Assembly: GCA_028820505.1 (NCBI GenBank)
Contig: JAPPIT010000034.1
Coordinates: forward strand, 25,565 to 89,564
Length of the DNA: 64,000 nt
Direction: 5' to 3'
Origin: Defluviicoccus sp.
Lineage (GTDB): Bacteria > Pseudomonadota > Alphaproteobacteria > MPNO01
Shown here: positions 27,757 through 35,298 of the stretch, piece by piece
Layout of the letters: the number at the start of each line of letters is the position of its first letter
How positions within the stretch are numbered: position 1 is the stretch's first letter
The notes under the pieces: generated by a model
Seen by the model: the letters and a program-made list of their open reading frames with translations, nothing else
What the model was told of the DNA's origin: nothing
Database searches by the model: none
Program-made: the position numbers and the translations under genes

Positions 27757-28508
27757 ATCTGCTCCCAGTGAACCAGCTTGTTGCCGACGACGACGAAGAA
27801 CTGGTCGAGCAGGGCGCCGAGGATGCCAAGCTCGATCAACCCGACGAACATCCGGTCGGTGCGGACATAGTCGCGGGCGTCCTGCAGCCTGAACCCGATC
27901 CCGGCGGACGCGCCGGAAAGTTCCGCCGCAACCAGGGAGAGAAACGCCAGCGCCGCGCCCAGCCGCAGCCCGACGACGATATGCGGGGCCGCCGCCGGGA
28001 TGATCACCTCGAAGAACTCGCGGGTCCGCCGCGCCCCGAGAGAGCGCGCGGCGCGGATATAGGTCAGCGCGACGTGCGCGGTCCCGTGGTGAGTGTTGAG
28101 CCACACCGCCAGGAAAACCGTATAAGCGATGACGAAGTATTTCGATCCTTCGCCGATGCCGAACCACACGATCGCCACCGGCACCAAGGCGATCGCGGGA
28201 ATGGGTCTCAGGAGATTGAGAAACGGCCCGAGCGCGTATGCGAACAACCGGGTCCGCGCGGTCATCAGCCCGACCAGGATGCCGAGGCTGGCACCGATCA
28301 GGAATCCGACGGCCGCCCGCCCCAGCGACACGGCGAGGTCGCTGAACAGGATGCCGTCGTCGTATAGTTCCAACGCGGCGATGAACACCGCATGCGGCGT
28401 CGGGAACAGCTCTTGGCTGATCAGACCCGACACCGCGACCAGCCACCAGACGATCGTCACGCCGATCAACGATAATGCCACGTTGAGAACTCTTCCGAGC
28501 GGTTTCAT
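27753..28508 (-). CDS. ABC transporter permease (NitT/TauT family)
   Basis: 251 aa, 6 TM segments, EAA loop (…RAARSLGARRTREFFEVIIPAAAP…). Confidence 0.85.
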   Translation of the reverse strand: MKPLGRVLNVALSLIGVTIVWWLVAVSGLISQELFPTPHAVFIAALELYDDGILFSDLAVSLGRAAVGFLIGASLGILVGLMTARTRLFAYALGPFLNLLRPIPAIALVPVAIVWFGIGEGSKYFVIAYTVFLAVWLNTHHGTAHVALTYIRAARSLGARRTREFFEVIIPAAAPHIVVGLRLGAALAFLSLVAAELSGASAGIGFRLQDARDYVRTDRMFVGLIELGILGALLDQFFVVVGNKLVHWEQM

Positions 28509-28532
28509 CGTTTCGGTGTTTCCCTTCGCCGC

Positions 28533-29963
28533 TCACGCGGTCCCTCTGCGGCCGCGCGCGGCGCGATGCTTGGCCGACGTTCCGTGGCGTCGGACGATGG
28601 GCGCGTCACGGACCGTCCGAATCGCCGCCGGCAGCTGATCCTTGAGAAAACGATCCTGGTCCCAGCCGGTGGCCCGCCCGTCCTGCATGACCATGGCCCC
28701 ATCGATCACCACCGCCCTGATCTGATCGCGATTGTAGTGACGCACGAGGTCCCATTCGAAGTCCCAGGACGGAAGGACTTCGGGGGCCTCCATGTCGAGA
28801 AGAAGGAAATCGGCGCGGCAGCCCGGCGCCAGGCGGCCGGCGACGTCGGCCAGGCCCGAGACGTCGGCGCTGCCCTTCGTGGCGGCATCCACCCAGGTCC
28901 AGCCGGCGCCGCACGAGAAATCGTTCACCCGCATTCCGAACGCGATTCGCTGGCAGCTCTCCGCCGCGTCCAGCATCCGGAAACCGTCGCTGCGCGTGCT
29001 GTCCGTTCCGAGACCCAGCCGGACTCCCCGTTCGACATAGGTGCAGGCCGGCGACACGGCATCGCCCTTCCAGTGCGAGGCGACAGGGTTGTAACTGACC
29101 GCGCTTTCCGTCGAACGGATGAGTTCGATTTCGGACTCCGTCACGAGAGTCCCGTGATGCAGCAGCGTATGGCGGCCCAGCGCGCCGCAATCGGCGATGA
29201 ACTCTATCGGGCGGCGGCCATGCTCGACGACGCTCGCGTGGACTTCCGGAATGTGCTCGTTGGCGTGAATCTGGAACAGGGCGTTCCGTTCCGCGCAGAA
29301 ACCGGCCAGCTCCCCGATCAGCTCCTTCGAAGCCCCTTCCACGCCGGAAACGCACAAAGACGGGTAGATGCCGGGTTCGCGCTCGCAAAGCGCCATGTGG
29401 TCCTCGGCCCGCTTCAAGGCCTCGTCGATGTGTTTCAGACCCGAACCGCTACCCGAACCATCCGGTTCGACCGGCCGGTTTACGGCGCCCGTGCTCGAGA
29501 CCAGGCGTACCCCGGTTTCGCGCGCCGCCCGGTGGATGGCTTCGGTCTTCTCGCGGTTGATGATCGCGAAGTTCACGACCCCGGTGAAACCGCCGCGCAG
29601 GGCTTCCAGGAACATCCATTTGGCGCATACGTAGCTGAGCTCCGGATCGAGCCGGCCTTCCAGGGGAATCCAGATTCGCCGCCATATCTGGGACGGCTCG
29701 CCGCCGATGATCGATTTCCCGAAACCCTGCCCGAGATGGATATGCGCGTCGATGAATCCCGGAATGACGGCCCGGCCCGGGAGCGGCACGACATCGGTCC
29801 GTGGATGGGTTTGCGCGAATTCCGCTCGGTCGGCGACGGCGGCAATCGCCCCGTTCTCGACCAGCATGACGACGTTTTCTCTGGCACCATCGGGGGCAAG
29901 GAGCAGATCGGGCGCAATGGCGTAGCGCTGCGCCGCGAAGATATCCGCCATCGCGGTACTCAT
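28533..29963 (-). CDS. amidohydrolase-superfamily metal-dependent hydrolase, paralog 2
   Basis: IDAHIHLGQ (HxH), HANEH, GLGTD and a C-terminal block near-identical to paralog 1 (VSYNPVASHWKG…NDFSCGAGWTWVDAAT…ADFLLLDMEAPEVLPSWDFEWDLVRHY); start set at ATG 29963 so the N-terminus aligns with paralog 1 (YAIAPDLLLAPDG vs YALRPDLILGPDG). The track's longest ORF starts at TTG 30062. Confidence 0.8.
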   Translation of the reverse strand: MSTAMADIFAAQRYAIAPDLLLAPDGARENVVMLVENGAIAAVADRAEFAQTHPRTDVVPLPGRAVIPGFIDAHIHLGQGFGKSIIGGEPSQIWRRIWIPLEGRLDPELSYVCAKWMFLEALRGGFTGVVNFAIINREKTEAIHRAARETGVRLVSSTGAVNRPVEPDGSGSGSGLKHIDEALKRAEDHMALCEREPGIYPSLCVSGVEGASKELIGELAGFCAERNALFQIHANEHIPEVHASVVEHGRRPIEFIADCGALGRHTLLHHGTLVTESEIELIRSTESAVSYNPVASHWKGDAVSPACTYVERGVRLGLGTDSTRSDGFRMLDAAESCQRIAFGMRVNDFSCGAGWTWVDAATKGSADVSGLADVAGRLAPGCRADFLLLDMEAPEVLPSWDFEWDLVRHYNRDQIRAVVIDGAMVMQDGRATGWDQDRFLKDQLPAAIRTVRDAPIVRRHGTSAKHRAARGRRGTA

Positions 29964-30095
29964 CGCCTTCGGTAGCGGCGCGGAGAATGCCGTTCCATCG
30001 CCTTGGTGCCGATGCTGCATGCCGTCCATTGATGTTACAGTGAAACAATCCATAGATTCCAATAAAGGATTTTTGCTAGTCTATAGTTTGTTTCT
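29964..30095. promoter_or_regulatory. AT-rich divergent promoter/operator region between the LysR gene and the amidohydrolase-ABC-TauE operon
   Basis: Locally AT-rich (about 70% AT) within a 65%-GC context; inverted repeat ATAGA(30052-30056)-N23-TCTAT(30080-30084) plus the palindrome CTATAG at 30081-30086; classical position for LTTR autoregulatory and activation sites. Confidence 0.45.
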
Positions 30096-31031
30096 ATGAA
30101 TATCGAAATTGGCCGATCAATGAATTTTCGGCAACTGGAGTGTTTCAGGCAGACTCTCGCCACTGGGACAGTGACCGGTGCGGCCAAGGCGATGGGGATT
30201 TCCCAGCCTTCGGCGAGCATTCTCGTCGCAAACTTGGAACGCGAACTCGGCTTCGCTCTCTTCAAGCGGATCAACGGTCGCCTGTCGGCGACACCCGAAG
30301 CTCAATATTTGTGGCGCGACGTCGAGCGGACGCTCGAGAGCGTGGAGCTCACCATCCAACGCGCCCGGCAGATCCGCGACCAGCAATTCGGCAACCTCGT
30401 CGTCGCCACCTATCCGGACATCGCGGTCGATTTCCTGCCCCGCATCGTCAGCGACTTTCGCGCCGATCGCCCCGACTTGCAGGTTCGAATCCTCGCCCGC
30501 CGCTCGCAGATGATGCAGGGGCTGTTGCCTACCCAACTCTACGACCTCGCCATCGTCGAATGGCCGATCGAACTTGTCTCGGTCGAGGTCGAAGAGTTCG
30601 TTTTCCCTTGCGTTTGCGGATTGCCGGAAGGCCACGCGCTGGCCGATCGGCCTTCCATCGGACCGGCCGATCTCGACGGGGAGCCGTTCGTCTCCCTGTT
30701 GCCCGAACATATGGTCTATCCGCAGACCGAAAGCGCGTTCGCGGCCCATGGTGCGTCCTGGAATATCGCGATCGAAACCCAGACCATGGAATCGGTATCC
30801 GCGTTTATTCGTCACGGTGCCGGGGTCGGGCTGCTCGATCCGTTCACGGCACAACGATATGCACGCGACGGCATCGCCGTCCGCCGGTTCGATGCGACGA
30901 TCAGCTACAGGATCGCCCTGGTCTTCCCGCGCGACAGGCTCCGTTCCGTCATCCTCGGTTCCTTCGCAGAAAAATTGCGCGCGGCATTCGAGTCCGTGAA
31001 GCGGATCGGCAATCCGCAGGCGCCTGGCTAG
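30096..31031 (+). CDS. LysR-family transcriptional regulator
   Basis: N-terminal HTH (MNFRQLECFRQTLATGTVTGAAKAMGISQPSASILVANLERELGFALF) and C-terminal LysR substrate-binding domain; divergent from the operon; alternative start at 30120. Confidence 0.85.
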   Translation: MNIEIGRSMNFRQLECFRQTLATGTVTGAAKAMGISQPSASILVANLERELGFALFKRINGRLSATPEAQYLWRDVERTLESVELTIQRARQIRDQQFGNLVVATYPDIAVDFLPRIVSDFRADRPDLQVRILARRSQMMQGLLPTQLYDLAIVEWPIELVSVEVEEFVFPCVCGLPEGHALADRPSIGPADLDGEPFVSLLPEHMVYPQTESAFAAHGASWNIAIETQTMESVSAFIRHGAGVGLLDPFTAQRYARDGIAVRRFDATISYRIALVFPRDRLRSVILGSFAEKLRAAFESVKRIGNPQAPG

Positions 31032-31047
31032 GCAGGTCCGGCCTGCC
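31031..31047 (+). terminator. possible weak intrinsic terminator after the LysR gene
   Basis: GGCAGG-tccgg-CCTGCC hairpin starting at the last base of the stop codon, followed 18 nt later by a short T-run (tcgtttcgg). Confidence 0.25.
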
Positions 31048-31385
31048 CCGGCCGGGCTGAGTGTCGTTTCGGAGATCCCCGGAGCTTCGATTTCTGCGGC
31101 GAAATTTCGCGGCGCTGTCGCTCGACCTCGTGTTCGCGAACTTGAGCGGCGACGCGCCTCTCTCAGCGCAGCGCATGGCGGATCGCCGGCCCGGACACCG
31201 CCGCACCCCACTCGATCCTTGCCGCCGTGAGCGGCGGACCCGCACCACCCGGCTCCGGTCCGCCGCCGGGACCGGTCTGCAATCCGGCTGGCTCAACCAC
31301 GATCCGGCTGCGGCCACGCTTCATCAGATAACCGCCGCGTGGGATCTTCAGGACCCTGTGTTCGACCGGCGACCGCAGCTGACAG

Positions 31386-32996
31386 CTATAACAGGATTCC
31401 GATCCTCTTGCTCAGACTGAGGTAGTTCCAACCGTCTTTGTGCCGGTAGCGCAAATCGTCGACATATGTGCGTACCAGATGCAGACCGAGACCTTCCACG
31501 ATCGTTTCTTCCTCAATCGTGTCCGGACCGGGCTGCAACATGAAAGAATCGGGGCTCAGTTCACCGCCCCGATTCACGAAGCGGATTGCAAGGCTCCGCT
31601 CTTCGTCGCCCATCTCAAGGTGGACCTCGATCCCGTGCGTGCCGACATCGTCATGGCTGCGCTCCACGATGTACATGATCGTCTCTTCGACACAGAGCTG
31701 TATCTGGAACCGGTCCGGTTGCGGAAGCCCGTGCTGCTCGGCGAAATCGTCGATCGCCTCCGCGACCCGCTCCATCTCACCGCGGACCTCGCGCACGGTC
31801 AGGCTGAAGCTTCGGGCCGGTGCCGAGGACGAGTCCGAGCGATTCGCGGCTGTCGACGTCCCCTCGCGGCCCTTTTCCGTCCGGAGTCCTGTCCGCCGCG
31901 CGCCGGACGTTCCATCCCCGCGCACGAGTGCGCTCAACGCCGCGGCATCAATCGCCGGTGTTGTCGACTTGGGTGGCCAGCTCCGGTCCCCGGCCTTCAC
32001 GACCAAGCTCTTGATCGCTTTCCTCAGATCGACCACCAGCGGCGTCTGCCGCAGGACGTCGAATGTCCGCGAATGCTCCGGGAGGCACAGATGCCGGTAG
32101 AGCATCTGATAGGACACGACGTCATCGGCGGCGAGGTCGAACACGTCCATCGGCGAAGCCGGGTCTTCCGGCGAAAGCCCCGCGGCGCGGAGCAGGGCGG
32201 CGAGCGCCCCGCGGCTTATCCGGTCTTCGTCGAACCCGTCCTCTACTCTGTGCAGGGCGCCCATCATGGCGAGGTAGTTTGAGTTCAGCGGCTGGCTGAA
32301 GCTCCACAGCGGGCGCGTCGGGTTGGTGAGGTAGCGACGCTCACCGCCGCGGTGAGGCCGCAGCAGGGCGGCGTTGCGATGGGGAAAGCGGTCGAACAGG
32401 AGCAAGGTTTCCGAGTGCTCGATCGCGCCCTTCACAAACGACCAGCCGACGAACTGGTTGATCCTGCGCCGCTCGGCCGGCGCCTCCGCGACGAGGTCGG
32501 CGCTCATGCGCGCCGTCTTCTCGACGCAGAGCTCTTGCAGTTTCAGATCCTCCATGTGGCACAGGGGAAAATATATCCAGAGCCGCTCGATGGGGTTGTA
32601 GTGCGCCAGCTCCCGATCCGCCTCGCAGGCCTGCCGGGACAGCGAAGCGGCCACGAGATCGTTCGCGTAGGCCAGAGCCGTGCCGCGATAGACGCATCGC
32701 GGAAACTGGTCGAGGACGATCAGTTTCGCCAGAACGCCCTGCGGCGTGTCCCAGACCGGATCGTCGAAAAACCGCTCCACCCCCTCGCGGTGCATCTGGT
32801 CACACCACATGCGTTGCGCCCGGAGAGCGTTCGGATCCACGGTGTTTCTGGCGAACGGTCCGGCCCGCCACCGTCGCATCGCCTGCCGCCAGTTCTCGCG
32901 GGAAGCGTCGGCCGGCGACCGCAAGCGACCGAGCCAGAATTCCAGCACCGCCTCCGGAGAGCGTTCCGCAATGCCAAGGTGCTCGACGGCGCTCAT
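31386..32996 (-). CDS. DUF924-domain protein fused to a C-terminal HATPase_c anti-sigma-factor-type Ser/Thr kinase-like domain
   Basis: N-terminal half carries DUF924 hallmark blocks (LIVLDQFPRCVYRG…; FPLCHMEDLKLQELCV). The C-terminal about 130 aa resemble RsbW/SpoIIAB-type GHKL domains (…LCVEETIMYIVE…GLGLHLVRTYVDD…). They are joined by a low-complexity S/T/A-rich linker in one continuous 536-codon frame; SD GGGAGAAG upstream of the ATG at 32996. Confidence 0.55.
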   Translation of the reverse strand: MSAVEHLGIAERSPEAVLEFWLGRLRSPADASRENWRQAMRRWRAGPFARNTVDPNALRAQRMWCDQMHREGVERFFDDPVWDTPQGVLAKLIVLDQFPRCVYRGTALAYANDLVAASLSRQACEADRELAHYNPIERLWIYFPLCHMEDLKLQELCVEKTARMSADLVAEAPAERRRINQFVGWSFVKGAIEHSETLLLFDRFPHRNAALLRPHRGGERRYLTNPTRPLWSFSQPLNSNYLAMMGALHRVEDGFDEDRISRGALAALLRAAGLSPEDPASPMDVFDLAADDVVSYQMLYRHLCLPEHSRTFDVLRQTPLVVDLRKAIKSLVVKAGDRSWPPKSTTPAIDAAALSALVRGDGTSGARRTGLRTEKGREGTSTAANRSDSSSAPARSFSLTVREVRGEMERVAEAIDDFAEQHGLPQPDRFQIQLCVEETIMYIVERSHDDVGTHGIEVHLEMGDEERSLAIRFVNRGGELSPDSFMLQPGPDTIEEETIVEGLGLHLVRTYVDDLRYRHKDGWNYLSLSKRIGILL

Positions 32997-33327
32997 GTCT
33001 CGGGTTGCTTCTCCCTGCCTTGTCGGTCAATACATCGTATGCGTGTCGAGGAGGGAAGCAAAGCACGCCGGATGTCTCACGCCGCCGCGCACGGAGGGGG
33101 ACTTCCTCTTCGCAGCCGTACGCATGGCGATAGTGGGGGAAGGTCGAGTTTTCCCTCGGGACTGCATCATTCCGGTAGCGACCGCGTGGGTTCCGTCCCC
33201 CTGGCATCCGAACAGCCGCCTCGACGAACTCCTGCCCTGGAACTTCGACAGTTCGTCAATCTGACATACCGGGTGGGGCGCTCGTGGCGCTTTCCATGAG
33301 ACGCGGCAGCCGCGAGCTTGAACCCCG

Positions 33328-33344
33328 TTAGGTTCGTAACCTAA
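33328..33344. promoter_or_regulatory. perfect palindrome TTAGGTT-CGT-AACCTAA in a 385-nt intergenic region
   Basis: 7-bp perfect inverted arms with a 3-nt spacer; AT-rich (operator-like, not terminator-like); sits between the lipoprotein gene stop and the DUF924 gene promoter region. Confidence 0.3.
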
Positions 33345-33382
33345 AGGTCAACGCCGGGAACCGGCCGGCCTCGATCGGGTGC

Positions 33383-34282
33383 CTACTGCTGCCGCCTCGC
33401 GCCGAAGGCGGCGATCATGTTGGAATGCTCGAAGATGCCCGCCGCCTCGGCGTGGCCGGGACCGTGGAAGCCGCCCTGGATGCGTGCGCCCGACTGGCCT
33501 CTTGCGAAGGTCCCGTCCGGCCCGACCTCGAGGTCGGAGAAGATCACCGCCTCGACGCCATACGCCGTGCCGCGGTCGATGTTCTTGATGCCGCTGAGCC
33601 CGGCATCGAGTCCGCCGGCGCTCATGTCGTAGTTGAGCGCCGCCGTCCCGACCAGCCGGTCGCCGCGACCGTCCCCGGCGATGGGCGTTCCCACCATGAT
33701 GCCGAGCCAGGTGGCGGACCCGGTCAGCGGGCCATCGGTGAGATCTCCCAGGGCGAGCGCGTAGGAGTAAGCGGACTCTACCTCGCCCCCGATCGCTCGA
33801 TCGTTGAAGAGCCCAAAGGAGCCATGCTCCATCCAGGCGCCGAGCGAGGTCCGGTCCAGGCCCATATGCCGCCCGGTCTCCGCCAGGAGCGTGATGCCGT
33901 GCGCGGAGCCGATGGCCTCGGCATCGCCCCGCAAGACCGGGGAGGTGGCGAGATCCCTCGCGTCCGTCTCGCCGGTCACGGGGTCGAGTACTTCGCATCG
34001 CGGACCGGCGCACTCCGACAGCAACCGGAACCTGCGGGCGTCGTCCGGAAGCACGGCCTCCACGTGCATCGTGGAGAGGATCAGGGAATCGGCCCGCGCG
34101 GAATTCTCCTGCTGACGCGCCTGCTGCGCCTGTCCGGTCTCCATCGGCGCGGACAGGCCGGTCAGTTCCCTGATGTCGTCGAGCCCGAGGGCCGGCCGCG
34201 AGCCGGAACCGCCGTTCCCGCCGCAGGCCGCGAGGGAAAGGATGGCTGCCGTCGCCATGACGCAGGCAAGATGGACTCTCAT
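33383..34282 (-). CDS. surface/periplasmic lipoprotein with TbpB/fHbp-like C-terminal beta-barrel (lipoprotein_5-type)
   Basis: Signal peptide with lipobox (ILSLAAC); Gly-rich mature N-terminus; C-terminal motif …IQGGFHGPGHAEAAGIFEHSNMIAAFGARRQ matching the 'GxFYGp…E.gG.F…aFGakr' end of TbpB-like handle/barrel domains. Confidence 0.5.
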   Translation of the reverse strand: MRVHLACVMATAAILSLAACGGNGGSGSRPALGLDDIRELTGLSAPMETGQAQQARQQENSARADSLILSTMHVEAVLPDDARRFRLLSECAGPRCEVLDPVTGETDARDLATSPVLRGDAEAIGSAHGITLLAETGRHMGLDRTSLGAWMEHGSFGLFNDRAIGGEVESAYSYALALGDLTDGPLTGSATWLGIMVGTPIAGDGRGDRLVGTAALNYDMSAGGLDAGLSGIKNIDRGTAYGVEAVIFSDLEVGPDGTFARGQSGARIQGGFHGPGHAEAAGIFEHSNMIAAFGARRQQ

Positions 34283-34344
34283 GTCGGTGTCCTCCGGAAA
34301 GATCGATCGACAGGGCGGGCCGGCGCATCCACGGTCGAGGCCCT

Positions 34345-34503
34345 GCCGGTCGATTCGGCGACGAAGTGATGGCCGCGACGCTGATCGACCGGTTGGTCCA
34401 CCACTGCCACATCGTCAACATCCGGGGCAACTCATACCGCGTGCGGGAGCGACAGAACCTGCTGCAATCCGGCTCGGATCGGCGCCGCAAAAAGGCCGCG
34501 TAG
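34345..34503 (+). mobile_element. istB: IS21-family istB (transposition helper ATPase) 3'-terminal remnant
   Basis: Frame encodes …GRFGDEVMAATLIDRLVHHCHIVNIRGNSYRVRERQNLLQSGSDRRRKKAA*, matching the conserved IstB C-terminus (F.GD..M..A.LDRL.HH.H….G.SYR…). Nothing of istA or the rest of istB is present. It is followed at 34523-34538 by the palindrome GATAACC-G-GGTTATC and a related copy ACCCGGTTACC (34552-34562), possibly end-repeat relics. Confidence 0.55.
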
Positions 34504-34869
34504 CACTCGCCGGCCCGCTGTGGATAACCGGGTTATCTCGCCAGACTCGTCGCCGGTCGCTGCGCCAACCCGGTTACCCAAAGCTCCACCGAGACCAACA
34601 CCCCCACCACCGCGCCTGGAGGACGACCGCAACCTCAAAGTGAGAAATTCTCAGTCGGAATTGACAGCAAAAGAACTTTCTCACATGCAGAACTCCGATG
34701 CGCCTATCCCTAGTGAGACATCCGGGTTAAAGCCTGTCCGTTTGGGGTGGAGCCGCCGACGCGGCACCGCACGGGGATGCGCCTCAGGCAGACCGCCGGA
34801 CCCTCGAGACCGCGCTGCGCCCAAGTGCGGTCAACGCCGGTCGCGCCCTCGCAGTAGAGGGATCCCAGC

Positions 34870-35235
34870 GTCTCGCCTTCTCCAGATGCCCCATCACGAT
34901 ATAGCCGGTGCCATGGGCCTGAAAGAAGTGCTGCACCCGGACGATGCTGGGATGATCGAAACGCGCGAGCGTCCGGGCCTCGCCGAGAAAACGATCCAGC
35001 CCCCACAGATAATCCTTCTCGTCCTCTTCCGATCTGGGCAGGACGGTCCGGTCCGCTTCCCGTGCCGCCGTACCCGCCGGCATGTATTCCTCGATGGCGA
35101 CCACCTGCTGGAGCAGGGTGTTCCAGCCGCGATAGGTGATGCCGAACCGCCGTGACCGATCACCCCGTCGATCTCGAAATCCTCCAGCCGCGTGCCCGGC
35201 GGCAAGGCGTCCCTGTCGACCGATCGCTCGGTCAT
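34870..35235 (-). pseudogene. Hanks-type Ser/Thr protein kinase, N-terminal fragment with frameshift
   Basis: Reads MTERSVDRDALPPGTRLEDFEIDGVIGHGG (Gly-loop) then, after a -1 shift in a T-run near 35146 (ggttcggc vs expected ggtttcggc), …VAIEEYMPAG…FLGEARTLARFDHPSIVRVQHFF…GYIVM… (kinase subdomains II-V). Homology stops around 34880, so it is also 3'-truncated, about 370 nt from the IS21 remnant. Confidence 0.5.
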
Positions 35236-35298
35236 TTTCGCCCCGGATCGGGCAAAGGGTTCGAGTGTCTCACCGGGTCGGGTCCTGCCCCGTAGATC

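Noticed and set aside
31163-31323. 53-aa Gly/Pro-rich small ORF (MKRGRSRIVVEPAGLQTGPGGGP…) downstream of the DUF924 fusion gene
   Set aside because: No SD, no recognisable domain, and composition compatible with chance in GC-rich DNA; not supportable.
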